Virus genome (UHGV): UHGV-2036287
Length of the DNA: 37,454 nt
DNA from: a virus
Direction: 5' to 3' (one strand)
Shown in pieces: positions 26,825-36,455 of this stretch (positions within the stretch are counted from its first letter, which is position 1; each line of letters opens with the position of its first letter). Below the pieces are notes generated by a model. It was given only the letters and a program-made list of their open reading frames with translations, was not told where the DNA came from and searched no databases. The translations under genes and the position numbers were made by a program.

Positions 26825-27160
26825 ATGTCACAGACCCCATCCGATACTTTTAAATTGTCTTATCCCTTCACCACTGCTGCAGGCACCAGAATTGAGCAGG
26901 TTGAACTGAAACGCCTGACGGTAAAAGACCTGAAGCAGGTGCGCAAAATCAGCAAAAACCCGGCAGACTGGGACGAACCGCTGATTGCCCGCAGTACTGG
27001 TCTTCTCCCGGAAGATCTCGACAATATGGATCTGGCTGATTACCTGCAGTTACAGAAACGATTTCAGCTCATCACGGGGATGGGTGAGAGCAACCAGGGC
27101 GCTGACGCAGGCGCAGGGGCTGCTGGCGAGATGGTTCCGGTTTCAGCCGGGGGAGATTGA
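26825..27160 (+). CDS. Tail assembly chaperone (P2 gpE-like), upstream frame
   Basis: 111 aa, acidic, directly upstream of the tape measure gene; RBS AGGAG. Confidence 0.6.
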   Translation: MSQTPSDTFKLSYPFTTAAGTRIEQVELKRLTVKDLKQVRKISKNPADWDEPLIARSTGLLPEDLDNMDLADYLQLQKRFQLITGMGESNQGADAGAGAAGEMVPVSAGGD

Positions 27161-27242
27161 TGCCCTCGATACTGACGATCTGGAGATGTGGCTGGAGCAG
27201 GCTGAAGAGCAAATAAAAAGCGAGTACGGCGACAAATCATAG
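26825..27242 (+). CDS. Putative frameshift-extended tail assembly chaperone (E+E'-like fusion)
   Basis: A second ORF in another frame (open 26985-27242) overlaps the 3' half of the chaperone ORF and extends to within 75 bp of the tape measure start, the classic position for a programmed frameshift; by my frame arithmetic the shift is +1, which is unusual. Confidence 0.4.
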
Positions 27243-27317
27243 TACAGACAGCCGCCAGTAGCGGCTGTTCTGCGTTATCCCCTCACGTCTTTTCACCTTC
27301 CCCGGAGGTTAACCACT

Positions 27318-30269
27318 ATGTCGGGACAGTTTTCAGTCGGCGTTGTTATCGGCGGGATGATTGGCAGCACATTCCGTTCTGCAATGAGCGGTACCCGCCG
27401 TGCGCTTGATTCCCTGAGCGATACCTCACGCCGCCTGCAGGAACGTCAGAACGCTTTAACCCGTGCAACAGAACGTTATGGTCAACTGGGTTCTTCCCGG
27501 ATGCAGCATCTCAACAGCGAGCTGCTGCGGGTAAGCCGCACCATGGAGCAAATTGAGCGCCAGCAGCGCCGTCTGTCAGCGGCATCCGCTACCAGTGATG
27601 CGCTGAAAGCTAACCGCATGGCGCTGTATGGTCAGGGGATTGAAGCGTATGGCATGGCACAGACTGTTTATCATACGGTTTCCCCTGCCGTTCAGCAGTC
27701 CATGTCTTTTCAGGACAAAATGATTGATATGTCGATCACCGCAAAATATGACAATAAAACGCGGGATGCACTTGCCGGACAGATAAAAGGCTGGGCGCTT
27801 AAATACAATCAGTATCAGGATGAGCTGCAGGAGGCGGTGGGTTCACTCATCAGCGACAATATTGATAATGTGTCAGATATCGGTTTTCTGATGCCGGATA
27901 TTGCCCGCGCGGCAACGGCAACACGCACGTCTGCTCAGGACTGGGCAAAAGTGGCCGCAGTCTGGCAAAACTCCCTGAAAGGTGCGGCCAGAGATTTTGG
28001 TGCCGTTCAGAATATTATGGCTTATGCCGGTGACCAGGGGTCATTTGAAATCCCGGATCAGGTCAAGTGGATGCAGTCCCTGGCCCCAATGATGGCGGGT
28101 ATTGCCAGTGGAAAAGAAGCTGTTGCTGAAATCGGGGCCAGTCTCCAGATAGCAAAAATCGGTGCAGGTTCCACCGACGAAGCAGCCAATAATTTTAAAA
28201 ACTTTCTTACCAAAATTTTTGCCCGCGATACTCAGAAACAGTTTGCTGATCTGGGTATTGATTTGCAGGGATCTATTGCGAGTTATAAAGCTGCGGGGAT
28301 CTCTCCGATTGAAGGGATGTTGAGTGTTATAGAACGTTACCTCAATGCCAAAAGCCCCGAAGCGCTGGCCGGCTTCAAATCAGCCATGAAAATAAAGAAT
28401 GATACGGCAAGAGATGAGGCACTTCAGGCTCTGGCGAAAAACTTTGGTCTGGGCGATATGTTCGCGGATATGCAGGTCATGGCATTTATCCGCCCGATGC
28501 TGGCCAACATGGACAGATATCGAGAGATCCGTGCCGGTGCTCTCAGGGCTGCGGATAACGATTTGCTTGCCAGTGCTTATGATCAGCGGCTGAAATCTCC
28601 CCTTGAAGCCACTAAAACACTTATGGTCAGCAGTCGCGATCTGGCAATTACGCTGGGCGATCAATTAGCTCCATCTTTTATTTCTTTGACTCAGGAACTG
28701 CTTCCACTCATTCAGGGGGCAAAACACTGGGTAGCGACTCACCCGCAATTTGTCAGTGGGGCTTTTAAGCTCATCAGTGCGCTCCTTGCGATTAAGATAG
28801 CGACTGTTGGTCTCAAACTGGGGCTGAATCTCCTTATTTCCCCCTTTGTAAGTGTCTGGAAAAATGCTGTTTTACTTCGGGGCAACTGGCTTCGTCTGTC
28901 GCTCGCACTGGGGCAAGGCGGTAAGCTCCGCTGGCTGGTGACCGGATTTAGCGCCGTCGCCAGAGGAGCCAGAACACTGAGTGGCGTGCTCTCCGGGGGG
29001 CTGGTTCGCGGAATTATGCTCGCCGGACGTGCTGTTCTCTGGATTGGACGTGCGCTGATGATGAATCCCATCGGTCTCGTTATCACCGCTGTCGCGGCAG
29101 CAGCTTACCTTATCTACCGCAACTGGGGGGCAGTCAGTGGCTGGTTTAAACAGCGCTGGGCAGACATTCAGGAAGCCTTTAACGGCGGCATTGTGGGAAT
29201 TGGTAAGTTGCTGATTAACTGGTCGCCGGCAGGCCTGCTCTATAAAGCCTTTGCGGCTGCGCTGAAATATTTCGGCGTTGCTCTGCCGGCAAAGTTCACC
29301 GACTTCGGTGGCCATCTTATCGACGGTCTGATTAACGGTATCAAAAACAAATGGGGGTCGCTCAAATCCAGTGTAACCGGAATGGGTGACAGCATCAGTA
29401 GCTGGTTTAAACAGTGCTGGGCTGACATTCAGGAAGCCTTTAACGGCGGTATCGCGGGAACTGGTAAGCTGCTGATTAACTGGTCGCCGGCAGGTCTGCT
29501 CTATAAAGCCTTTGCAGCTGCGCTGAAATATCTTGGTGTTGATCTGCCGGCAAAGTTTACCGACTTCGGTGGCCATCTTGTCGATGGTCTGATTAACGGT
29601 ATCAAAAACAAATGGGAGTCGCTCAAATCCAGTGTAACCGGAATGGGTGACAGCATCAGTGGCTGGTTCAGCGAAAAGCTGGGCATTCATTCGCCGAGCC
29701 GCGTGTTTATGGGCTTTGGTGACAATATCGCGCAGGGGGCCGCCATTGGCCTGCAGCGGACCACTCCGCTTGCAGCTCTGGCCGGGCAGCGAATGGCCAG
29801 TGAACTGCTCCCCAAAATGCCCGTGAGCATTCAGGGGCCAGAAATACGGGATAACACTTCAGGTGTTCGCTTCAGTATGCCGTTGCCCGATATCAATGGG
29901 TTTATGTCGTCTGCTAAAAATGCGATCGGAGCCGTAATCAATAGTTTGTCTTCCATGCCCGCTATTCCGCTCTCCACCCGGGCATCGATTTTACCAGGGC
30001 AACGTCTGGCAAATGAGATGACACCGGATGTTCCCCGTATCCCCTCGCCTGAAATCCTGGCTGCCGGATATTCAGGCCGTGGTGCAACTGCAACCGGCGG
30101 TGGAACGTCTGGTGGTATCCAGGTCAGCTTTAATCCTCAGTTTTTCCTCAATGGCAGGGAAACCACAGCGCCTGCAGGACTGACTGGTGCCCTGAATATG
30201 AGTCTGCATGAGCTGGAAAAAATGCTGGAGCGTCTGCTGGCTCAGAAACAACGTAAGGAGTACCGCTGA
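27318..30269 (+). CDS. Tail tape measure protein
   Basis: 983 aa; N-terminal coiled coil, hydrophobic central segments, internal 87-aa tandem duplication; position between chaperone and baseplate genes. Confidence 0.8.
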   Translation: MSGQFSVGVVIGGMIGSTFRSAMSGTRRALDSLSDTSRRLQERQNALTRATERYGQLGSSRMQHLNSELLRVSRTMEQIERQQRRLSAASATSDALKANRMALYGQGIEAYGMAQTVYHTVSPAVQQSMSFQDKMIDMSITAKYDNKTRDALAGQIKGWALKYNQYQDELQEAVGSLISDNIDNVSDIGFLMPDIARAATATRTSAQDWAKVAAVWQNSLKGAARDFGAVQNIMAYAGDQGSFEIPDQVKWMQSLAPMMAGIASGKEAVAEIGASLQIAKIGAGSTDEAANNFKNFLTKIFARDTQKQFADLGIDLQGSIASYKAAGISPIEGMLSVIERYLNAKSPEALAGFKSAMKIKNDTARDEALQALAKNFGLGDMFADMQVMAFIRPMLANMDRYREIRAGALRAADNDLLASAYDQRLKSPLEATKTLMVSSRDLAITLGDQLAPSFISLTQELLPLIQGAKHWVATHPQFVSGAFKLISALLAIKIATVGLKLGLNLLISPFVSVWKNAVLLRGNWLRLSLALGQGGKLRWLVTGFSAVARGARTLSGVLSGGLVRGIMLAGRAVLWIGRALMMNPIGLVITAVAAAAYLIYRNWGAVSGWFKQRWADIQEAFNGGIVGIGKLLINWSPAGLLYKAFAAALKYFGVALPAKFTDFGGHLIDGLINGIKNKWGSLKSSVTGMGDSISSWFKQCWADIQEAFNGGIAGTGKLLINWSPAGLLYKAFAAALKYLGVDLPAKFTDFGGHLVDGLINGIKNKWESLKSSVTGMGDSISGWFSEKLGIHSPSRVFMGFGDNIAQGAAIGLQRTTPLAALAGQRMASELLPKMPVSIQGPEIRDNTSGVRFSMPLPDINGFMSSAKNAIGAVINSLSSMPAIPLSTRASILPGQRLANEMTPDVPRIPSPEILAAGYSGRGATATGGGTSGGIQVSFNPQFFLNGRETTAPAGLTGALNMSLHELEKMLERLLAQKQRKEYR
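29142..29663 (+). repeat. Tandem direct duplication, 2 x 261 bp, inside the tape measure gene
   Basis: Units starting at 29142 and 29403 are about 90% identical and in frame, encoding WFKQ(R/C)WADIQEAFNGGI...GMGDSIS(S/G) twice. Confidence 0.9.
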
Positions 30270-31153
30270 TGTTTGCCGTACTGGGTGATATTGAGTTTGA
30301 GCTGATTACCTACTGGGACGGCTTCGAGGCCACGTTCGGCGTCGATTATGCGGAGCATGCCCGCATCGGGGGTAAGCCTGGCCTGCAGTTCGTCGGCGAC
30401 AGGCTGGACGAAATCCAGATAAGTCTGGTCTTCCATCAGCATTATTGTGTACCCGATGTGGAGCTGGCGAGACTGCGAACAGCCATGAAAGCCCATCAGG
30501 CACTGGCGCTGGTCTTCGGCAACGGTGACTATCGTGGCTGGTTCGTGATTACCGATGTGACCGCAACCAGCGAGCAGACAGACAGCACCGGTAACGTGCT
30601 GGCTGTCAGTGCCACCGTGTCTCTCCGGGAATACACCGGTGATCCGAAAAATCCTCTGCAACCACCGGCAATACGCACGAAGCTCCCGGGTGTCGGGGCG
30701 GTCTCCGGTGCCATTCCTTCACCTTCAGGGGTGGCGCAGTTCATCCGCAACGGCGTCAACTATGCGAAACAGGCGCAGTCTGTACTCCAGACCACTATCA
30801 GCGCCGTTCGGGTGACACAGAAAATGAAGGATAACCCCGTTGTCGCACTGACCCGTGTGCCGGGGCTGATGAGCGGACTGGGTAATATCTCCGGGGCTCT
30901 GGGGAAAAGTGTTCCGGCGTTTAACGCACTCTCTGAATCCATGCCCGATGCCATCAGTCTGGCCAGAACAGCCAGCGAAGCAGCCACGTATGTACAGCAG
31001 GCACAGTCTGCGCTGAGTGGTGTGGACAAAAGAAATATTGCAGGTGCTCTGGATACCGTTTCCGGGCAGCTTAACGCCGCCGGCACAGCATTCAACCGCA
31101 TGTCTCCGGGATTAAGTGCAATGGCCGCCAGAATACTGACGAGGAGTGTGTGA
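30269..31153 (+). CDS. Tail protein, P2 gpU / Mu N N-terminal domain-like
   Basis: N-terminus MFAVLGDIEFEL...GKPGLQFVG resembles the gpU / DNA-circularisation N-terminal domain family; start overlaps the tape measure stop. Confidence 0.5.
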   Translation: MFAVLGDIEFELITYWDGFEATFGVDYAEHARIGGKPGLQFVGDRLDEIQISLVFHQHYCVPDVELARLRTAMKAHQALALVFGNGDYRGWFVITDVTATSEQTDSTGNVLAVSATVSLREYTGDPKNPLQPPAIRTKLPGVGAVSGAIPSPSGVAQFIRNGVNYAKQAQSVLQTTISAVRVTQKMKDNPVVALTRVPGLMSGLGNISGALGKSVPAFNALSESMPDAISLARTASEAATYVQQAQSALSGVDKRNIAGALDTVSGQLNAAGTAFNRMSPGLSAMAARILTRSV

Positions 31154-31365
31154 TGTTTCTTGAACATGTTACCCGTGACGGAGAGCGCTGGGATTCGCTG
31201 GCATGGCAGTACTACGGTGACCCGCTGGGCTATCCCCGGATTATTGCCGCCAATCCGCACGTGGCCATCACGCCGGTGCTGCCCTCCGGGCTGTTGTTAC
31301 TGATCCCGGTGATTGAGGCTGAAGAAGCCCGTACAGAAGAGGATATTGCCCCATGGCTGAGATAA
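31150..31365 (+). CDS. Tail protein X (P2 gpX-like)
   Basis: 71 aa with the ERWDSLAWQYYGDP motif typical of gpX. Confidence 0.6.
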   Translation: MMFLEHVTRDGERWDSLAWQYYGDPLGYPRIIAANPHVAITPVLPSGLLLLIPVIEAEEARTEEDIAPWLR

Positions 31366-32494
31366 ACAGCACTGCGCAAGTCACATCAGCGTTAACCGGC
31401 GTCAGCGATGTGCTGACACCGGTGTTCACTCTGTGGTATCTGCAGAAAAACATCACCTCTGATATCGCGCCTTATGTCACCCGTGTGACCTGGAGCGATA
31501 GTCCGATACCATTGAGGTGGAGCTGGACGACACCGATGGCCGCTGGCTGGATAAGTGGTATCCGGGCAAGGGTGACACGCTGACGCTGAAAATGGGCTAT
31601 CAGGGCGAGAAGCTGCTGTCCTGCGGTACGTTCTCTATAGACGAGATCGAAGTGAGTTCGCCCGCTTCCGTTGTTTCTATCCGTGGGGTGGCCACCTCGG
31701 TTAACAGTGCCCTGCGGACTAAAACCAGTCGTGGTTTTGAGAACACCACGCTGGCAGCTGTTGCGGGGCGGATTGCCAGAAAGCACCGACTGAAACTGGT
31801 GGGCAGCATTGAGTCCATCAGAATCGACCGGGTGACCCAGTATGCTGAAACCGACGTGGGTTTTCTGCGCCGGCTGGCCAGCGAGTATGGTTATGCAGTG
31901 AAAGTGGTCAGTGACCAGCTGATTTTTTCTCATCTGGCCACACTGCGCAGTCAGGAGCCGGTCAGGCAGTTAAAACCGCAGGATGTGGCCCGCTTTTCCC
32001 TGCGTGACACCATCAACCGGGTCTATAAATCTGCAAAGGTAAAACACCAGAAAAGCAGCAGTAAAAAACTGATCGTCTACGAAGCTGATGGTGGTACCCG
32101 TGAAAGCGACAAAAAGCTCAAAGGTGGTAAGGTTACCAGCGCTGACTCACTTAAAGTTAACAGCCGCGTCAGCGACCCGGACAGTGCCCGGATTAAAGCG
32201 GATTCAGCACTGGCCAGACATAACGAATACCAGCAGAACGGCTCCCTGACGCTGACGGGAACACCTCAACTGACAGCAGGCAACAAAATTGAACTGGTGG
32301 GTTTTGGGCAGTTATCCGGGCCATGGCTCATAACCACTGCCCGCCATGCGTTTGACCGTAACAGCGGCTACACCACAGAGCTGGAAGTGGCACGGGGGCC
32401 AGTCACAAGAGGGAAAAAACAAAAAACTCAGAAACTCACGGTTTATCACCCGGATGGCAGTACATCGACGGTGATTAAGGAGAAGAAAAAATGA
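31353..32494 (+). CDS. Tail/baseplate hub protein, P2 gpD / Mu P family, interrupted by a frameshift near 31500 (possible pseudogene or sequencing error)
   Basis: N-terminal 50 codons are in one frame (stop at 31581-31583); the rest, including the conserved EVELDDTDGRW segment, is in the -1 frame opening at 31502; combined length about 380 aa matches gpD. Confidence 0.6.
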
Positions 32495-33087
32495 CTGGTG
32501 TCACTCGTCAGGTCGGTACGGTCAGTGCCGTTGATGCCGACAGGGTTCAGGCCCGCGTTCGTCTGCCTGAATGCGATAACCTGCGCACAAACTGGCTTAA
32601 CGTGCTGCAGCGCAATACCCAGGATAACAAAGATTACTGGCTCCCTGACGTGGGGGAGCAGGTTGAGGTGCTGCTCGATGCCAACGGCGAGGATGGTGTT
32701 ATTCTGGGCGCGGTGTATTCAGACGTCGATAAACCACCGTTCAGTGACAAAAATATCCGGGGAACCCGGTTTGCTGATGGTGCAGAGTACAGCTACAACC
32801 GGAAGACGCACACTCTGATCATCCGGGGCGGCATTGAGCATATTGTCATTGAGTGTGGTGCTGATGTGGTATTGAAAACACAGAAAGCCACGATTGACGC
32901 ACCGGAAACCGAACTTACCGGAGATCTGCGTGTCAGGGGTAAGCTGATTTACGAAGGAGGCATGGCGGGTTCTGGTGGTGAAGGTGTTACCGCGACCATC
33001 CATGGCAATATCGAGATTAAAGGGAATGCCCATGCCACGGGCAGTATGTTGTCTGATGGCGAAAACTCCAGCCACCACTCCCACTGA
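32491..33087 (+). CDS. Baseplate spike / assembly protein V (P2 gpV-like)
   Basis: 198 aa; OB-fold N-terminus and Gly-rich C-terminal region; gene order D-V-W-J-I. Confidence 0.7.
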   Translation: MTGVTRQVGTVSAVDADRVQARVRLPECDNLRTNWLNVLQRNTQDNKDYWLPDVGEQVEVLLDANGEDGVILGAVYSDVDKPPFSDKNIRGTRFADGAEYSYNRKTHTLIIRGGIEHIVIECGADVVLKTQKATIDAPETELTGDLRVRGKLIYEGGMAGSGGEGVTATIHGNIEIKGNAHATGSMLSDGENSSHHSH

Positions 33088-33141
33088 GCTTTTTAAACGC
33101 CTTTAATATCAGCGTTCCCGCACGGGGGCAATACTGCCCCC

Positions 33142-33489
33142 ATGAAAACAACCTCAGTATTCTGGCAACCAGCCCTGCAGGCTCCCGGCGAAATTGTCCG
33201 GGGGCTGGATGATATCCGGCAGGCGATTCAAATTATCCTGCGGACTCCCCGCGGCAGCGACCCGCATCGCCCGGAGTTCGGCAGCAATCTGCATCTTTAT
33301 ATCGACTGGCCTGTAGACCGGGCCATTCCGCATGTGGTGCGCGAATCCGTCGATGCCATCCGGCGCTGGGAGCCCCGCTGCCAGCTTATGTCAGTTAAAC
33401 CCGCCGTCGACGGCGAACATCTTACGCTCCGGGTGAGCTGGAAAGGCTCAGACGGACAGACCCGGACTCAGGAGCTGCTATGGCGCTGA
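33142..33489 (+). CDS. Baseplate protein W (P2 gpW / T4 gp25-like)
   Basis: 115 aa; position and size. Confidence 0.7.
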   Translation: MKTTSVFWQPALQAPGEIVRGLDDIRQAIQIILRTPRGSDPHRPEFGSNLHLYIDWPVDRAIPHVVRESVDAIRRWEPRCQLMSVKPAVDGEHLTLRVSWKGSDGQTRTQELLWR

Positions 33490-34583
33490 CAGAACCCGAT
33501 TTTATTGAACGCGATGCCGACAAAATCACGGCAGAAATGATTGCGAAGTATGAAGCGGATACCGGCAAAACGCTGTACCCGGCACAGGCAGAACGTCTGC
33601 TGATTGATCTGTGGGCCTATCGCGAAATGCTGGTCAGGGTTGCGGTACAGGAGGCAGCAAAGCAGAATCTGGTCGCCTTTGCCCGTGAGCCGATGATTGA
33701 TTACCTCGGTGAACTGGTTGGTGTATACCGTCTTGCCGCGCAGCCTGCCACCACCACGCTCCAGTTCTCCGTAGATGAGGCACTGGCCATTGATGTGCTG
33801 ATCCCGGCAGGCACCCGCGTCAGCGCTTCCGACAGCGTTATTTTTGCCACCGATACAGATGTGGTACTGAAGGCCGGATTGCTGCTGGTCAATGTCACGT
33901 CCACCTGTACCGAACCCGGTACCGCTGGTAACGGCTGGCAACCTGCGCAGGTCAGTCAGTTACTCGATGAGATTGATAACGTCGACATGCTGGTGAGCAA
34001 TCTGACGGTCAGTTCCGGCGGTTCAGAACAGGAAGACGATGACAGGCTCCGGGAGCGTATCAGGCTGGCCCCGGAGTCATTCACCAATGCCGGAAGCCGT
34101 GGCGCATACCGCTTTCATGCCATGCAGGCCCATCCCAACATTGTCGATGTTGCTGTGCTTTCCCCGGTTCCCGGGACCGTAGATCTGTATCCGCTGCTCA
34201 GTACCGGTCTGCCGGACGGCGGTGTTCTCACGCTGGTAGAGAGTTTCTGCTCTGATGAGAAAGTCAGGCCACTCACTGATACAGTGCGGGCTAAAACACC
34301 AGTGAAGGTGGATTACACCATTGAAGCCAGGATTACGATCTATCGTGATCAGGATGCCAGGTCTGTAAAAGATGCCGCTAACAGCGCCATACAGAACTGG
34401 GTGGCATCACGTGCCGCCACGCTGGGGCGTGATATTGTCCCCAGCCAGATTATCAGTGCATTGTCCGTTTCCGGGGTGTACCAGGTTGAACTGGTGAAAC
34501 CGGCACTGAGGGTGGTGGCAGAAAACGAATGGGCAAACTGTACGGCGATCACACTTAACATGAGTGGAGTGTCTGATGACTGA
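33480..34583 (+). CDS. Baseplate protein J (P2 gpJ-like)
   Basis: 367 aa; overlaps W and I genes as in P2-type baseplate operons. Confidence 0.7.
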   Translation: MALTEPDFIERDADKITAEMIAKYEADTGKTLYPAQAERLLIDLWAYREMLVRVAVQEAAKQNLVAFAREPMIDYLGELVGVYRLAAQPATTTLQFSVDEALAIDVLIPAGTRVSASDSVIFATDTDVVLKAGLLLVNVTSTCTEPGTAGNGWQPAQVSQLLDEIDNVDMLVSNLTVSSGGSEQEDDDRLRERIRLAPESFTNAGSRGAYRFHAMQAHPNIVDVAVLSPVPGTVDLYPLLSTGLPDGGVLTLVESFCSDEKVRPLTDTVRAKTPVKVDYTIEARITIYRDQDARSVKDAANSAIQNWVASRAATLGRDIVPSQIISALSVSGVYQVELVKPALRVVAENEWANCTAITLNMSGVSDD

Positions 34584-35154
34584 GCCATTACAACTCCCGC
34601 CACCGCTTGAGGGTGATATCAGTCTCAGGACGCTGGGAAGACTGGCAGGGCGGCTGGATAACATCGACCTGAGCGTACTGATGGTCTTTCTCGTCGATAT
34701 CGTCGACAGTTCTGCGCTGCCATGGCTGGGCGAGCAGTTCTCACTGTCTGGCGATGGCTGGGAGCTGGCGGAATCGGACGATGTTCGCCGCATGCTTATA
34801 AAAGCAGCCATCGAACTACACCGGTATAAAGGGACGCCGTGGTCAATCCGGGAAGTTATCCGCCGTTTTGGCTTTGGTGAAGTGGATCTGATTGAAGGCA
34901 CAGGTCGTCTCAGTTACGACGGCAATCGCAGCTATAACGGACTGTTTGTTCATGGAGATACAGCCGCCTGGGCGGTTTATCGCGTTATTCTGAAACAGCC
35001 CATTACTAACGATCAGGCCGCGATGCTGCGTCAGACGCTCGCTGCATTTGCACCGGCCCGCTGCCATCTGGCCAGCCTGGAGTATCAGTCTGTGGCCATT
35101 CGCTATAACAATACCGCCATCCATGATGGCAGTTATAACCACGGGAGCAGTTGA
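34576..35154 (+). CDS. Tail protein I (P2 gpI-like)
   Basis: About 192 aa from ATG 34576 (the ORF also has a GTG at 34564); upstream of the tail fibre gene. Confidence 0.6.
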   Translation: MTEPLQLPPPLEGDISLRTLGRLAGRLDNIDLSVLMVFLVDIVDSSALPWLGEQFSLSGDGWELAESDDVRRMLIKAAIELHRYKGTPWSIREVIRRFGFGEVDLIEGTGRLSYDGNRSYNGLFVHGDTAAWAVYRVILKQPITNDQAAMLRQTLAAFAPARCHLASLEYQSVAIRYNNTAIHDGSYNHGSS

Positions 35155-35156
35155 TT

Positions 35157-36449
35157 ATGGGAAACCTGAATGAAACAGAAAAGTGGGAAGAAAATATCTA
35201 TCAACTGGAGACATCAGATCCGGTTCTGGGTGGTGCTGACGGGATATCAAATCGAGCCCCCCGGCAACTGGCAAACAGGACGAAATGGCTGAAGAAAAAA
35301 ACGGAGGAAGCCGCACAGTCACTGGCTGAACACGTACGTTCCCGTAACCACCCGGACGCGACACTGACAGCTAAGGGGTTCACCCAACTGAGCAGTGCCA
35401 CCAACAGCACCTCTGAAACGCTGGCCGCCACACCAAAAGCCGTCAAGGCTGCATACGACCTTGCAGCCGGCAAGGCGCCCGTCAGCCACACTCACCCGTG
35501 GAGTCAGATAACGGGAGTGCCTGCTGCCTCGCTGACGGCAAAAGGCACCGTACAACTGAGCAGTGCCACCAACAGCACCTCTGAAACGCTGGCCGCCACA
35601 CCAAAGGCCGTCAAGGCTGCATATGACCTGGCTGCCGGCAAGGCCCCCGTCAGCCACACTCACCCGTGGAGTCAGATAACGGGAGTGCCTGCTGCCTCGC
35701 TGACGGCAAAAGGCACCGTACAACTGAGCAGTGCCATCAACAGCACGTCTGAAATACTGGCCGCCACACCGAAAGCGGTCAAGGCTGCATACGATCTGGC
35801 AAACGGAAAACAACCGGCAGATGCCACGCTCACTGCTCTGGCAGGACTTGCCACTGCAGCAGATCGGTTGCCTTATTTTACCGGAGCAGACCGCGCAGCG
35901 CTGGCAACCCTTACAGCTATTGGTCGCGCTATTATCGCTAAGGGCAGTATAAAAGATGTCCTCAATTACCTTGGTTTGGGGGAAGGCTCTGCATTGCCTG
36001 TTGGTGTACCGGTTCCATGGCCCACCGCCACACCGCCAGCAGGCTGGTTACAGTGCAACGGAGCTACGTTCACCAAAGAACAATATCCTGTTCTGGCCAG
36101 AGTCTACCCGACCCTCCGTCTTCCCGATTTACGCGGTGAGTTTATCCGTGGATGGGACGACGGGCGCAAGATTGACGAGGGGCGTAAGTTGCTTTCATGG
36201 CAGAAAGGTACACTGGTCGGCGGTCATGACGATAACGATTCTTCGCTGGATATCTCGTACATGAGTAACGGAAATAATATTGACTATGGCGGCGATAAGG
36301 TGTTTGCGGGGAATTACCGTAGCGATTATTTGTGGTACGCAATTCTGGGTGGAACAAACAGTCGCGCAAAAGCCGAATTAAACGGAGCATTCTTTAACAT
36401 AACCCGCCCCCGCAATATCGCGTTTAACTATATCGTGAGGGCGGCGTGA
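35157..36449 (+). CDS. Tail fibre protein (P2 H / Mu S-like) with internal tandem repeats and variable C-terminal tip
   Basis: About 430 aa; three copies of a 56-aa unit (TAKG..QLSSATNSTSETLAATPKAVKAAYDLAAGK...); C-terminus ends RPRNIAFNYIVRAA; the ORF track begins at a TTG at 35151. Confidence 0.75.
   Translation: MGNLNETEKWEENIYQLETSDPVLGGADGISNRAPRQLANRTKWLKKKTEEAAQSLAEHVRSRNHPDATLTAKGFTQLSSATNSTSETLAATPKAVKAAYDLAAGKAPVSHTHPWSQITGVPAASLTAKGTVQLSSATNSTSETLAATPKAVKAAYDLAAGKAPVSHTHPWSQITGVPAASLTAKGTVQLSSAINSTSEILAATPKAVKAAYDLANGKQPADATLTALAGLATAADRLPYFTGADRAALATLTAIGRAIIAKGSIKDVLNYLGLGEGSALPVGVPVPWPTATPPAGWLQCNGATFTKEQYPVLARVYPTLRLPDLRGEFIRGWDDGRKIDEGRKLLSWQKGTLVGGHDDNDSSLDISYMSNGNNIDYGGDKVFAGNYRSDYLWYAILGGTNSRAKAELNGAFFNITRPRNIAFNYIVRAA
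35364..35830 (+). repeat. 168-bp tandem repeats (about 2.8 copies) within the tail fibre gene
   Basis: Units starting at 35364, 35532 and 35700 are near-identical at the nucleotide level. Confidence 0.85.
36104..36169. repeat. Left copy of an inverted repeat (at least 66 bp perfect) inside the tail fibre gene
   Basis: 36104-36169 is identical to the reverse complement of 37389-37454; similarity continues imperfectly for about 25 bp further inward. Confidence 0.8.
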
Positions 36450-36455
36450 TACCGT

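Noticed and set aside
29142-29663. Possible CRISPR array suggested by regular repeats, here and at 35364..35830
   Set aside because: Repeat units are 261 bp and 168 bp, contiguous without spacers, in frame inside coding sequence; these are protein-level tandem duplications.
28872-29690. 272-aa minus-strand ORF with internal repeats, with a similar one at 35319..35813
   Set aside because: The repeats are the reverse-frame shadow of the tape measure and tail fibre tandem repeats, not separate genes.
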